The notes beneath the pieces were generated by a model. The model was not told the origin of the DNA. It saw nothing but the letters and a program-made list of their open reading frames with translations, and searched no databases. This document shows positions 18,801 through 28,771 of a stretch of 64,000 nt of DNA, piece after piece. The translations under genes were made by a program, and so were the position numbers. Position 1 is the stretch's first letter. The number at the start of each line of letters is the position of its first letter. Source of the DNA: Dehalococcoidia bacterium. Lineage in GTDB: Bacteria; Chloroflexota; Dehalococcoidia; Bin125. Where the stretch lies: positions 1,312,001-1,376,000 of the forward strand of contig OY820591.1 of assembly GCA_963555985.3 (NCBI GenBank). The letters are read 5' to 3'.

Positions 18801-20404
18801 CGTACATTGCGATGCTGCGCCATTCGACCCCCGGCGTCGAACTGATCTCGCCCCCGCCCCATCACGACATCTACTCAATCGAGGATCTCTCGCAGCTGAT
18901 CTACGACCTCAAGATCGCCAATCCTCGCGCGAAGGTCTGTGTGAAGCTGGTCGCCTGTGAAGGCGTCGGGACAATCGCGACCGGCGTCGCCAAGGCGTAC
19001 GCGGATGTCGTCCACATCTCGGGCGCGGACGGCGGCACCGGCGCGTCGCCGCTCTCCTCGGTGAAGTACGCGGGCGCGCCTTGGGAGTTGGGCGTCAAGG
19101 AGGCGCATGAAGCACTGGTCGTCAACGGTTTGCGCGGACGAGTAACGCTCCGCACCGACGGCGGCTTCCACACGGGCCGCGACGTAGTGGTCGCCGCAAT
19201 GTTGGGCGCGGAAGCGTATGGCTTCGGAACCACCGCGCTGGTCGCGCTGGGCTGCAAGATGGCGCGTCAGTGTCACCTCAACACCTGCCCGGTCGGCGTG
19301 GCTACCCAGCGCGAAGATCTGCGCGCGAAGTACTTCGGCAAACCCCAGATGCTGATCAACTTCCTGCTCCACGTGGCGGAGGAAGTCCGGGTCATTCTGG
19401 CCGAGCTGGGTTACAGCAGTCTCGACGAGATCATCGGCCGCACCGACCTGCTCGAACAGGTCCCGCCGCGTTCGGGTGAACGCGCCCAGACAGTCGATCT
19501 GTCCAAGTTGATCGCGCCGGTCGAGGCCGATCCCGAGCTGCCGCGGCAGCGGGCTCAAGAGCGAAACGACCGTCAGAACGATCTCCGGCTCGACGATGAG
19601 CTGCTTGAGCAGATTGGCTCCCACATCGAGAACGGGACCTACTTCTCCGGCGCGTACCCAATCACGAACGAACACCGCACGGTGGGCGCGCGAATCTCCG
19701 GCCGGATCGCACAGCGCTACGGCGACCACGGACTGCCGCCGGGCACGATCGAGCTGTTCTTCGACGGCTCGGCGGGGCAATCATTCGGCGCGTTTCTGGT
19801 GCGCGGCCTGCGGCTCTACCTGCGCGGCGAGGCGAACGACTACGTCGGCAAGGGCATGGGCGGCGGCATGATCGCCGTCGCTCCGCAGGAAGACGCCGGC
19901 TTCGACGGGCGCGATGCAGTGCTCGTGGGCAACACCGTGCTCTACGGCGCGACCGGCGGCAGCCTCTGGGTGGCTGGACGCGCGGGTGAGCGCTTCGCAG
20001 TGCGCAACTCCGGCGCGCGCGCGGTGGTAGAGGGCGTAGGGGATCATGGCTGTGAATACATGACCGGCGGCACGGTGGTCGTGCTTGGCCCGGTCGGGCG
20101 CAACTTCGCTGCCGGCATGAGCGGCGGCGCAGCCTACGTTTGGGATGCCGACGGCGATTTCGCCGATCGCGTCAATCACGCGATGGTGGACCTGGAGCCG
20201 GTTGACGACAGCACCGAAGCGGCGATGCTCGAAGAGATGATCATTGCTCACACAGAGCGCACCGGCAGCAGTCACGCGCGTGAAGTGCTGGCTCGTTGGG
20301 ACGTGGTGCTGCCGCAGATCGTGAAAGTGATCCCCAGGGACTACAAGCGCGTGTTGCGTGAGCGCGCGGCGCTGGAGGCGGCGGCGGTCGCAGCGACGGA
20401 ATAG
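15839..20404 (+). CDS. gltB: Glutamate synthase large subunit
   Basis: DACGTG N-terminal Cys, HNGEINT, QIKQIASGRFGV, C..CHLNTCPVG, C-terminal GxGxG domain. Confidence 0.98.
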   Translation: MRDSSHRATPLPYPGLYDPESVRDACGTGFVARLDGVATHELVQQAVEGVVSLTHRGAVNADPNTGDGAGVTIQIPYAVLQPELERLGHPDLAEQDLALAMVFLPRDEHGRARARKLLEGVIERTGLRVVGWRVVPTDPSVLGDWALEGLPGIEQLIFSRGAKLDDAEFGRRVYLARRRADAEYQALAEADADDPAGDTYIVSMSTSTVVYKGLMVAPQLSRFYPDLTNPKTVSALALFHQRYATNTLPNWRIAQPFRYIAHNGEINTLLGNRHWMQARGPAMQSAVWGEAVSELHPIIGLAGSDSQAFDEAFELLVASGRSALHAMMMLIPEAWEQLDDMDRELRGFYEYHACLTEPWDGPAAMAFTDGKVAAAAMDRNGLRPARYQVTKSGLVVMASEVGLIKLDQADIIESGRLGPGQMVAVDTERHELLHNDDIKRRISRRRPYAAWVRQRMGRLERAASIDASMIPQADEGDLLARQILHGYSKEEVDFVLKPMARQAKEPVGSMGDDTPLSVLHDPPRPLYTYFRQKFAQVTNPPIDSIRERNVMSLDTWLGRRHSLLEEAPEAAQLVHLRSPLILSDELDALISFRLPGFSAATLETSFPVSDGAAGLEPALDALCDRVDNAIEDGHSLLILTDEHIDQNRVPIPMLLAVSTVHHHLIANGHRMSASIVASCGDARDVHQVSCLIGFGADAVHPYLALQTLNALHAQGELEEFTADEVIERYVQAVDSGILKIMSKMGIAARASYHGAQIYEALGISDQVVSRSFPGTTSRIGGVGFEEIGADAVARHELAYPAAGLEAGGWYRYRRNADYHANEPPIWRALHKAVQHPDHSQNGSREAYEQYSELANSRRPTALRDMLDFRSDHEPISLDEVEPHDQITPRFSTGAMSLGALSPETHEDIARAMNALGARSNTGEGGEDPRRFLFDGDKSDANSQIKQIASGRFGVTPAYLGSASEIEIKIAQGSKPGEGGQLPGHKVTSYIAMLRHSTPGVELISPPPHHDIYSIEDLSQLIYDLKIANPRAKVCVKLVACEGVGTIATGVAKAYADVVHISGADGGTGASPLSSVKYAGAPWELGVKEAHEALVVNGLRGRVTLRTDGGFHTGRDVVVAAMLGAEAYGFGTTALVALGCKMARQCHLNTCPVGVATQREDLRAKYFGKPQMLINFLLHVAEEVRVILAELGYSSLDEIIGRTDLLEQVPPRSGERAQTVDLSKLIAPVEADPELPRQRAQERNDRQNDLRLDDELLEQIGSHIENGTYFSGAYPITNEHRTVGARISGRIAQRYGDHGLPPGTIELFFDGSAGQSFGAFLVRGLRLYLRGEANDYVGKGMGGGMIAVAPQEDAGFDGRDAVLVGNTVLYGATGGSLWVAGRAGERFAVRNSGARAVVEGVGDHGCEYMTGGTVVVLGPVGRNFAAGMSGGAAYVWDADGDFADRVNHAMVDLEPVDDSTEAAMLEEMIIAHTERTGSSHAREVLARWDVVLPQIVKVIPRDYKRVLRERAALEAAAVAATE

Positions 20405-20435
20405 CGAGCTCGCTTGTCAGAGCCGCTCGCCCGGG

Positions 20436-20921
20436 CTAGCGAAGCGTGTCAAGCAGGCGGTCGCGCCAACTCGCCGCCTCTGGGCACGGCTCGGCCAACG
20501 CGGGGTCAATGGCAAGGGCAAGAGAGCGCCGAAGGGTTGCCAATCGGCTGAGCGCAACCGGAGGCGGCGGCTCCGCTGCTTGCTGGCGTTGCCGCCAACG
20601 CAGCGCCGCTCCGACCGCGATCCCCAACGTCAGGCCAATCGCGGTGGCCGGGGCCAGCACGGCTGCGCCTGGACGGAGCTCCTCAATGGCAGGAACACGG
20701 ATATCCCAGTTGGGCCGCCGCTGCCGTCGCCGCTCCTCCAGCTCGAGAGTGTGCGCAACAGGCTCATGAGAGAGGTCAGGCTCATGCTCCTCGCCGCCGA
20801 CTCCATTGGCGGAAGGTTCCGGTGCAAGCGGCCCCCAACCGTCGAGTGCAAGTACGGTCGAGGCCGGACGCTCAGCCTCCTCGTTGGGGTCTTGTGGATG
20901 CTGCCCGTTGGGCGTGGTCAT
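20436..20921 (-). CDS. Hypothetical single-TM protein
   Basis: MTTPNGQ start downstream of MFS; one hydrophobic segment. Confidence 0.55.
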   Translation of the reverse strand: MTTPNGQHPQDPNEEAERPASTVLALDGWGPLAPEPSANGVGGEEHEPDLSHEPVAHTLELEERRRQRRPNWDIRVPAIEELRPGAAVLAPATAIGLTLGIAVGAALRWRQRQQAAEPPPPVALSRLATLRRSLALAIDPALAEPCPEAASWRDRLLDTLR

Positions 20922-20937
20922 GGTCGTTCCACTGAGT

Positions 20938-22956
20938 TCAGGGCTGGCGCGAATCAAGCCGGCCGTTGCCCTCATCGTAATCGCGCTCTGCAAACGACGG
21001 CATCTGGCGCGCCCATGCTGCGACGAGCTCAACCTGCAACTCGTCGTTAAATCGTGCACTGGACGGTCTCGAATCGCCGTTGCCGACCGTCGGCGGCGCA
21101 ACAGCGGGGGTGGGCAATGACCGACCATCGCCCACCGGCCGGTCACTCGACGGCGGCGACGCGCCCGCCGCAACAACTGCCGGAACCGGCATCTCCGCCG
21201 CTGCGCCGGGTGGTCCCATACTGCCGCGCGCCTGCCGCATTGCGGCCATCATCTCTTCCTGTGTGTGGAACTGGACTCTCGGCAGGAGGATGGCCACCAC
21301 CAGCGCTACCAGCATGACGGCGGCTGCATACATAAACACATCGGTGACGGGTACAGCGAGAGCCTCTCGTGCCGTGTTGATCACCGCTTCCGATGTGCCC
21401 GGAGCGCGCTGCTCGATCACCGCCGTGAATTCCACTAAGCGGTCGGGCGAGAGCAGAACTTCGGGATTCTCCTTGAGCTGGTCGAAGCCTTGTGGAAACG
21501 CCTTGGTGAGTTCGGATGAAAATCCACCTACGACGAGGCTGCCAAAGATGGCCATGCCAATGGCCGCGCCGATCTGCCGGAAGAACTGATTCGCCGCAGT
21601 GCCGGCTCCAAGCAGCTGGAACGGCAGGGCATTCTGCAGCAGGAGCGTGTAGAGCGGCATCAAGGTGCCCATGGACGCTCCCATGAGCAGCATGTAGAGA
21701 CGCGCGAGGTTCTGGCTCGAGTCGACATCAAGGGTCGATAGCAGAAAGAGGGAGAGTGCTGCACCACTGGCTCCCAGGATGGCCACGGGTTTGTAGCGGC
21801 CGGTGCGTGACATGATCTGGCCAGTGAGGACGGACGCGGGTACGACACCAATGCTCATGGGTAGGGTGACAAGGCCGGAATTGGTCGCCGACACGCCCTG
21901 CGCGCCCTGGAGGAAGAAGGGCAGGTTGAACATCGCGCCCATCATGGAGATGCCGATCGCGAACATCACGATCGTGCATAACAAGTAGGTGCGGTTCTGG
22001 AACATCGGCAACGGCATGATGCCGTCGTTGCCCTTGCGCCGGGCGAGGCGCCAGAAGACGACTGAGGCCACGACGGTGACGATGAGCGAGACGATCACCG
22101 GCGAGTCGAACCAGCCGACCTGTGATCCGCCCAACGAGAAGGCCAGCAGCAGCGGTGTCGCAGCGACGATCAGCAGACCGGCGCCCATCCAGTCGGTGGG
22201 TTTGCGATTCGCCGCCTCGGGGCGGTACCAGGGCATGAACAGCGCGACGGCGAGCAGCGCCACGCCTCCCACCGGGATGTTGATGTAGAAGACCCAGCGC
22301 CAGGAGAGTTCGTCGGTCAGCACACCGCCCGCCAACGGACCGACGATGCTCGCCAAGGCGAAAGTGCCGCCCACAATACCGGCCCAACGCCCCCGTTCGG
22401 CGGGAGCGAAGTAGTCGCCCATCACGGTGAAGGCGTTGGCCATGATGAAGGCCGCGCCGAATCCCTGGATCAAGCGGAAGCCGATCAGCTCCCACATGTT
22501 GCCGGAGGCGCCACAGAGGACTGAGGCGATTAGGAAGATCACCACACCGATCATCAGGAATGGCTTGCGGCCGTAGTCATCGGAGAGACGCCCGATGATC
22601 GGGACCATGACGGTCGAGCCGAGCAGGTAGGAGATGGCAGGCCAGGCAAACAGGTCTAGACGCCCTAAATCACCGACAGCCTTCGGCGCAGCGACATTCC
22701 AGATGGTCATGTCGAGCGCCGCGAGGAACAGCGCGATCATGGTCGTGACCATGATCAGCACCTTGCGGCGGTTCGGCAGCAACATGCCCGGCGGCATCAT
22801 GCCCGGCGGGATTCCCGCTGGAGCGCCGGGCGGACCTCCATCGCCTCCAGGACCCGATCCGCCGGCGAATGGCGGCCCGGCACCGCCCGCGGGCGGCGCT
22901 CCCACGCCGTTTCCGCCCATCGGCGGTGTCGGCGCGCCGGGTCGCTCCGACATCAC
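20938..22956 (-). CDS. DHA2 (EmrB/QacA) MFS efflux transporter
   Basis: AALDMTI, GRLSDDYGRK, WRWVFYINIPVG; Pro/Gly-rich termini. Confidence 0.93.
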   Translation of the reverse strand: MMSERPGAPTPPMGGNGVGAPPAGGAGPPFAGGSGPGGDGGPPGAPAGIPPGMMPPGMLLPNRRKVLIMVTTMIALFLAALDMTIWNVAAPKAVGDLGRLDLFAWPAISYLLGSTVMVPIIGRLSDDYGRKPFLMIGVVIFLIASVLCGASGNMWELIGFRLIQGFGAAFIMANAFTVMGDYFAPAERGRWAGIVGGTFALASIVGPLAGGVLTDELSWRWVFYINIPVGGVALLAVALFMPWYRPEAANRKPTDWMGAGLLIVAATPLLLAFSLGGSQVGWFDSPVIVSLIVTVVASVVFWRLARRKGNDGIMPLPMFQNRTYLLCTIVMFAIGISMMGAMFNLPFFLQGAQGVSATNSGLVTLPMSIGVVPASVLTGQIMSRTGRYKPVAILGASGAALSLFLLSTLDVDSSQNLARLYMLLMGASMGTLMPLYTLLLQNALPFQLLGAGTAANQFFRQIGAAIGMAIFGSLVVGGFSSELTKAFPQGFDQLKENPEVLLSPDRLVEFTAVIEQRAPGTSEAVINTAREALAVPVTDVFMYAAAVMLVALVVAILLPRVQFHTQEEMMAAMRQARGSMGPPGAAAEMPVPAVVAAGASPPSSDRPVGDGRSLPTPAVAPPTVGNGDSRPSSARFNDELQVELVAAWARQMPSFAERDYDEGNGRLDSRQP

Positions 22957-23447
22957 ATCACCTCAGGATCGGGGGGCCACGGCGCGAGCACGCCCTGGCG
23001 CTCGGCTTCGGAGGTGAGGAGGCTAAAGGCGCGATCGATTTCCGACAGTTCCTTGTCGCTGAAGTTGCGGAAGATCCGCCAAATCACCGCGCGCTTGCGT
23101 GCATCCAGCTCCGTAATCACTTTGCGTCCTTGCTCGGTCAGATAGATCCGCACTCGCCGCCGATCATCAGCGTCACGTTCGCGTCTCACGAGCTTTTGCT
23201 TTTCCACCAAGCGATCGACAATCCCGGTCGCGGTTGACGGCCGCACCTTGAGTTGTGCAGCCACAGCGCCGGCCGGCGTGCCCGGCGCCGCCTGGAGCAT
23301 GTAGAGCACACGCAACTGAGACATAGTGAGTCCCAGATCCTCCCAGACTTCCAGCCGATTCGGGTCGAAGATGCCAGCTGCCCGGCCGTAGTTGTCCAGA
23401 ATCTGCTCAATCAGCGCATCTGTGACCGCTGAACTCGGAGTACTCAT
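22953..23447 (-). CDS. MarR family regulator
   Basis: LTMSQLRVL, TGIVDRL, DRRRVRIYLTEQG. Confidence 0.93.
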   Translation of the reverse strand: MSTPSSAVTDALIEQILDNYGRAAGIFDPNRLEVWEDLGLTMSQLRVLYMLQAAPGTPAGAVAAQLKVRPSTATGIVDRLVEKQKLVRRERDADDRRRVRIYLTEQGRKVITELDARKRAVIWRIFRNFSDKELSEIDRAFSLLTSEAERQGVLAPWPPDPEVM

Positions 23448-24559
23448 CTCCCCCCGCCTTTGCCGATGGGCGCGGGGAACGGAATCGAAATCTGCTCGCC
23501 CAACGCGATAAGTTGTTCAATCGTCTCCTGATCGAGGGGCACGCCGTTGGCCGAACGATCGGCGCGGGCCATCTCTTCCGGATCTCCCGGAATGACCACG
23601 CGCTCAACTTCGTCCACCGGCGGCACGTCGCGGATCTCGTCCGCCATCTCTCGCATGTTCTGTTTGAACTCGTCCGGATCGCAGAACAGATCAATCCGCC
23701 AGGCGGCGAACCACTGCCCCTGGATCAGGTTCTGACCTCGCGGTGTGAACATGCCCGAACCGTCGCCCGAAAGCACCCCGGTCAGGATGTCGACCATCAG
23801 TCCCAGCCCGTAGCCCTTGTGGGAAGAGGTGGAGATGTTCGAGCCAAGCGGAAGCAGACCCCCATTCTTGCGCAGGATGAAGGGGTCGTCAGTGTGGTCG
23901 CCGTTCTCATCCACCGCCCAACCGACGGGGAGCGGCTGACTTTGCCGCCCGGCGATCTCCAGCTTGCCCCCGGCGACCGCAGTGGTGGCGATGTCAAGAC
24001 GGAACGGAGTTCCCCCGGCGATCGGTGCGGCCATCGCGATCGGGTTGGTCCCGTAGACCCGCCGAGTGCCGCCGGACGCCATCCCAATCGGCGGCGCGTT
24101 GCACATCGCCATCCCGATCAGGTCATGCTCGACGGCCATGTGCGCGTAGTAACCAGCCGCGCCGAAATGCCGGCCATTGCGAACAGTCACCATCCCCAGA
24201 CCGGAGGCCTTCGCCTTCTCGATACACGTAGACATCGCCTTCTGACAGACGATCGTGCCAAAGCCGCCGTCGCCGTCCCAAGCCGCCGTGACCGGCGTCT
24301 CCCGCAACACCTTGATCTCCGGCGTCGGATTGACAACGCCCGCCTCAAACCCGGGCGCGTAGCCGATATGCCAGGGCAGGTGTGCGATTCCGTGCGAATC
24401 GATCCCGACGAGGTCGGCGTCAACCAGGACTTCGGCGCCGATCGCCGCATCGTCCCCGGGGACGCCGTAGTGCTCCAGAACCGACGCAGTAAAGCTGCGC
24501 AGGTCAGTCGCGTCGTAGCGATCGCGGGTATCGGGCGCTTCGCGTCCGGTCCAGGCCAT
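23444..24559 (-). CDS. Ldh_2 family oxidoreductase (malate/lactate/sulfolactate/ureidoglycolate type)
   Basis: ADLVGIDSHG, HFGAAGYY, GTNPIA, DIATT, HKGYGL. Confidence 0.93.
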   Translation of the reverse strand: MAWTGREAPDTRDRYDATDLRSFTASVLEHYGVPGDDAAIGAEVLVDADLVGIDSHGIAHLPWHIGYAPGFEAGVVNPTPEIKVLRETPVTAAWDGDGGFGTIVCQKAMSTCIEKAKASGLGMVTVRNGRHFGAAGYYAHMAVEHDLIGMAMCNAPPIGMASGGTRRVYGTNPIAMAAPIAGGTPFRLDIATTAVAGGKLEIAGRQSQPLPVGWAVDENGDHTDDPFILRKNGGLLPLGSNISTSSHKGYGLGLMVDILTGVLSGDGSGMFTPRGQNLIQGQWFAAWRIDLFCDPDEFKQNMREMADEIRDVPPVDEVERVVIPGDPEEMARADRSANGVPLDQETIEQLIALGEQISIPFPAPIGKGGGR

Positions 24560-24564
24560 GGCGC

Positions 24565-25335
24565 TCAGCCCTTGCTGTAGCTGCGCACAGTCCGCAGGCC
24601 GTCGGCGGAACCGCGGGCCATGAACTGGGAGTCGCTGCCGGAGGGGATGTAGAGCCAGCCTTCCTCCGCCCGGCGCTTCGCCTCTTCCGGTCCTGACGTG
24701 AAGATCCCGGGCGCGACGCCGTTGCGTTGCGAACCTGCCAACACCTCATTGCAGAGCGCAATGTGGTCGGGATGGGGGTTATCCGGTCGCACCGGTATAC
24801 CCATCGACATCGCCAGATCGGCAGGGCCGATACAGGTCGCGTCAATGCCGGGGACGGAGAGAATCTCATCGATCCGCTCAACCGCCTCCACAGTCTCGAT
24901 CTGCACGATGCAAGCGATCTCGTTGTTCGCCTCCGTGCCATAGTCGGCGCCGCCGTAGAGGAAGCCGCGATATGCGCCGAATCCGCGCATACCGTCGGGT
25001 GGATAGCGGCAGGCGGCCACGGCCTGCTCCGCCTCCGCGCGGTTGTTCACCCAGGGAATCACGACACCATACGCGCCGCCGTCCAGAATCCGCTTGATCT
25101 CCACCGGATCGTTCCAGTGCACGCGCGCCATCGGAATCGTGTCGGTCGTCGAGATCACCTGAAACATCTGCACCATCGTGAGCAGGTCAACCGGCGAGTG
25201 CTCACCGTCCACGACGACCCAATCCCAGCCGGTATGCGCCATCTGCTCTGCCGCCAGCGTCGAACAGGTTGATAGCCAGATCCCGAACGAAGGCTCACCG
25301 TCTGCCCACTGTCGCTTCACCGTGTTCGGTCGCAT
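24565..25335 (-). CDS. HpcH/HpaI aldolase
   Basis: DWVVVDGEHSP, RYPPDGMRG, QIET, IGPADL. Confidence 0.93.
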   Translation of the reverse strand: MRPNTVKRQWADGEPSFGIWLSTCSTLAAEQMAHTGWDWVVVDGEHSPVDLLTMVQMFQVISTTDTIPMARVHWNDPVEIKRILDGGAYGVVIPWVNNRAEAEQAVAACRYPPDGMRGFGAYRGFLYGGADYGTEANNEIACIVQIETVEAVERIDEILSVPGIDATCIGPADLAMSMGIPVRPDNPHPDHIALCNEVLAGSQRNGVAPGIFTSGPEEAKRRAEEGWLYIPSGSDSQFMARGSADGLRTVRSYSKG

Positions 25336-25410
25336 CAAAACCTCCCTGTGGCCAGCGTTCGATCTGTCACATACGCTGCACAACAGCCTACACGATGCTC
25401 GGAGGGATCC

Positions 25411-26142
25411 TTGGCCTCGTCAACACCGGTCCTCGTTTCATGGTCGTCGGGAAAAGACTCCGCCTGGGCGCTGCATGTGCTCCGCCAGCAGCCCGATCGC
25501 TACGACGTACGCGGCATCTTCACGACCGTCACGCCGCATTTCGACCGAGTCGCGATCCAGGCGACACCGCGCCGCCTGCTCCACATTCAGGCGGAACGTC
25601 TGGGCCTGCCGCTGTACGAGATCCCGCTCCCCTATCCCTGTCCCAACGAAGCCTACGAAGCAGCGATGAGCGGCTTTCTGGATACGGTACGAAACCTCCC
25701 GTCAAACCTGACTGCCTCGACACTCGCCTTCGGAGACCTCTTCCTCGAAGACATCCGCGAGTACCGCCTCACGCAGCTCGAAGGCACAGGCTTCAAAGCG
25801 ATCTTCCCGGTCTGGGGTCTCCCCACCGACGAGCTCGCGCAGACGATGCTGAGCTCAGGCCTAAAAGCGATTGTGACTGCGGTCAGCCCAACCTCGAAAC
25901 TCGACCGCAGCTTCGCCGGACGCTGGTTCGATCAGAGCTTTCTCGACGATCTGCCCGACGGCACAGACCCGCTCGGCGAGAACGGTGAATTCCACACCTG
26001 CGTAGTGGCAGGTCCAATGCTGAGCCGCCCGATTCACGCTCGCCCGGGCGAGATCGTCGGACGACCGGTCAGTCGCAACCACGACGGCAGCGGCGGTACA
26101 GTCACCGCCTGGTACGCCGACGTGGAACTGCTGGAGGATTAG
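25411..26142 (+). CDS. PP-loop ATPase (diphthine-ammonia ligase/DUF71-like)
   Basis: SWSSGKDS, FGDLFLEDIREYR, DPLGENGEFHT; TTG start after GGAGG. Confidence 0.88.
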   Translation: MASSTPVLVSWSSGKDSAWALHVLRQQPDRYDVRGIFTTVTPHFDRVAIQATPRRLLHIQAERLGLPLYEIPLPYPCPNEAYEAAMSGFLDTVRNLPSNLTASTLAFGDLFLEDIREYRLTQLEGTGFKAIFPVWGLPTDELAQTMLSSGLKAIVTAVSPTSKLDRSFAGRWFDQSFLDDLPDGTDPLGENGEFHTCVVAGPMLSRPIHARPGEIVGRPVSRNHDGSGGTVTAWYADVELLED

Positions 26143-27137
26143 CGGTCTGGGTGCGGAGCGAGCGAGACCTTATCGAGCACCGCCTTGTTGACGACTGATC
26201 GCGGCATGTAGCCCTGCAATACGTCCGCCGCTGCTTCGCCGACGCGTTGCAGCAGCAGCGGCGCCGAGGCATCGGAGTAATAGGCGGAGTGCGGGGTCGC
26301 GATCACGTTGTCGAATTCGAGCAGCGGGTGATCTTTGCGCACCGGCTCGGGATCCCAGACATCCACGCCCGCACCGGCGATCTGCCCGTTCTTGAGCGCG
26401 TCGTAGAGCGCCTGCTCGCTCACAACGCCGCCGCGACAGGTGGTGATCAGGTAGGCGGTTGGCTTCATCAGGGCGAGTTGCTCCGCGCCGACCAGCCCCC
26501 GCGTTTCGGGGTTGAGCGGCGGGTGAACCGAGACGTAGTCGGCTTGCATCACCTCTTCCAATGAGGTCAGGCGCACACCGGCGGCTTCGGCGACAGCGGG
26601 ATCTTGATAAGGGTCGTACGCGATCACCTCGAGCCCGAACGCCCGCGCCCGGATCGCCGCCTGTTGCGCGATGTGGCCAAAGGCGACCAGCCCCAGCGTC
26701 TCGCCGTAGAGCGCCCCCGACGGTCCCAACGGGATGCGCGCTCCCGCACGAGCCGCGTCGTTGTGCGCGATCAGCTTGCGATTGAGCGCGAGCAGCAGCG
26801 AGATCGCATGAGTCGCCACCTCGTTGATGCAATAGTCGGTGATGTTGCAGACCACGATGTCGTAGTCAACCGCCGTCTGCCAGTCGATGTTGTCGAAACC
26901 GATCCCGTAACGCACGACCACCTTGAGATTGGGCGCCGCGTCGAAGATGTCTTTGCCCACCTGCCGGTAGCCGCAGATGATCCCATCCGCGTCGCCGACG
27001 TGAGCAGGGATGTCCTGCTGCTGCTCGAGAGTCAGCGCGACCAACTCCGCGTCCGCTTTCGCGATCTGCTCAGCCTCGGCCGTGTGGGGCAGCCGTTCCG
27101 GGCGTGAATCGATGTGGTACACCTTGAACTTCGCCAT
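26139..27137 (-). CDS. D-2-hydroxyacid dehydrogenase (CtBP-like)
   Basis: RYGIGFDNID, DYCINEVA, CRGGVV, TPHSAYYS. Confidence 0.93.
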   Translation of the reverse strand: MAKFKVYHIDSRPERLPHTAEAEQIAKADAELVALTLEQQQDIPAHVGDADGIICGYRQVGKDIFDAAPNLKVVVRYGIGFDNIDWQTAVDYDIVVCNITDYCINEVATHAISLLLALNRKLIAHNDAARAGARIPLGPSGALYGETLGLVAFGHIAQQAAIRARAFGLEVIAYDPYQDPAVAEAAGVRLTSLEEVMQADYVSVHPPLNPETRGLVGAEQLALMKPTAYLITTCRGGVVSEQALYDALKNGQIAGAGVDVWDPEPVRKDHPLLEFDNVIATPHSAYYSDASAPLLLQRVGEAAADVLQGYMPRSVVNKAVLDKVSLAPHPDR

Positions 27138-27158
27138 CAACCACTCCTTCAGCGTGCG

Positions 27159-27512
27159 TTAGAGCCAGGTTTGAATCCGCGATCTTGGCTGCGCGGGAAT
27201 CACTTGTTTCAGCCGTCGACCGTCTGCTGTGAGCGTAAACGACATCTGCTTTCCGGGCTCCGCTTCGGGATGCAGCAAGCGCTGGATCAGCCGAAACGAC
27301 TCGAAGCGAATCAGCGAAAGCCTGACCTGCTGAGCATTCGCCGTCGGCCGCGCCGCGAGCACGGCTGAGACCAGTTCGTCGAACGGAGCCTGCTCAACCA
27401 GCAACAAATGCTGCACAATCAGTTGTTCAACGACATCAAGCTCGATCTCAATCGGCTCCGGGCGCAGCCGCTGGCGGAGCTGCGCCCGCCATCGTTGCAA
27501 TCGCTTACGCAC
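27159..27512 (-). CDS. Hypothetical, possibly winged-helix
   Basis: Fills operon gap; FTLTADGRRL wing-like motif. Confidence 0.55.
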   Translation of the reverse strand: MRKRLQRWRAQLRQRLRPEPIEIELDVVEQLIVQHLLLVEQAPFDELVSAVLAARPTANAQQVRLSLIRFESFRLIQRLLHPEAEPGKQMSFTLTADGRRLKQVIPAQPRSRIQTWL

Positions 27513-27515
27513 CGC

Positions 27516-28763
27516 TCATGCCTTCAGGTACGCGGCGATATCGGGGCCGCCCTCGCTGAGCACGACTCCGTCCGACTCCAGCTGCGCCGTCTCCTCGGCG
27601 GAGATCCCGAGCCACTCGCAGAGCACATCGGCGGTGTCCTGTCCGAACTGAGGCGCATAGCCGTACACGCGGCCGGGCGTGCGTGAGAGCTTGAGCGGTG
27701 AAGCCGCCATCGTCACGTCGCCCGCGATCGGATGCTGCACCGTGGTAATCATCTCGCGCGCGGCGATCTGTTCTTGTTGCACGGCTTGTCCAATGGTGTT
27801 GAGCGGTCCGATCGGAATGCCGTACGGGGCGAGGGCCTTGACCCAGTGCTCGGTCGTCTGCTTCCGCGTCGCCTCGAACAACGCCGGCTCGAGTTCGGCA
27901 TGATTCTCGGTGCGCTTGAACGACGTATCAAAGCGCTCGTCGCCGACGAGTTCCGGTATCCCAAGTTCAGCGCAGAACAGCTCCCACTGGTTATCAACGC
28001 CCCAGGAGAGGGCGACCACCATCCAACCATTCGCCGTCGGGAATGCCTGAAACGGTGTCGCCGAGGGATGGCGCGTGCCCAGCGGCCCCGGCTCCTTGCC
28101 GGTAGCGAAATACCGCGCGACCGCGTTTTCGAGAATGGCGATCTGACAATCGAGCATCGAGATATCCACCGATTGCCCGCAGCCGCTGTGCTCGCGCTCG
28201 CGGAGTGCGGCGAGGATGCCGATCGCCGTGTACAGACCGCCGCAAATGTCGCCAATTGACGTACCGGGCCGCGCCGGAGCCTCTCCGGGGTAGCCGGTGA
28301 TGCTCATCACCCCGCCCATGCCTTGGACGATGATGTCCAATGCCGGCTTGTCGCGCAGCGGCCCGATCTGACCAAAACCGGAAGTCGAGGCGAAGATCAG
28401 GCGCGGATTCCGCTCCAGCAGCGCCTCCGGCCCAATACCCAAGCGATCCATCACCCCCGGAGTGAAGTTCTCCATCACCACATCGGCCTCGTCAACCAGA
28501 CGCAAGAACAGCTCACGACCGGCCTCGGAGCGAAGATCGATCGAGATCGAGCGCTTGCCCCGATTGACCGACTGGAAATACATCGATTCGTTGTTCACGA
28601 ACGGCCCCGTCGTCCGCGCGACATCGCCGTACGGCGGGCGCTCGACTTTGACCACTTCCGCGCCCAGATCGCAGAGAATCATGGCCGCATAGGGACCCGC
28701 CAAGACCCAGGTCAGATCGAGAATGCGAATGCCCGCGAGCGGGCCTGGTGCCGTATCAGTCAT
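27516..28763 (-). CDS. Family III CoA-transferase
   Basis: PLAGIRILDL..LAGP, NRGKRSI, SIGDICGG. Confidence 0.95.
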   Translation of the reverse strand: MTDTAPGPLAGIRILDLTWVLAGPYAAMILCDLGAEVVKVERPPYGDVARTTGPFVNNESMYFQSVNRGKRSISIDLRSEAGRELFLRLVDEADVVMENFTPGVMDRLGIGPEALLERNPRLIFASTSGFGQIGPLRDKPALDIIVQGMGGVMSITGYPGEAPARPGTSIGDICGGLYTAIGILAALREREHSGCGQSVDISMLDCQIAILENAVARYFATGKEPGPLGTRHPSATPFQAFPTANGWMVVALSWGVDNQWELFCAELGIPELVGDERFDTSFKRTENHAELEPALFEATRKQTTEHWVKALAPYGIPIGPLNTIGQAVQQEQIAAREMITTVQHPIAGDVTMAASPLKLSRTPGRVYGYAPQFGQDTADVLCEWLGISAEETAQLESDGVVLSEGGPDIAAYLKA

Positions 28764-28771
28764 GTCGCCGC

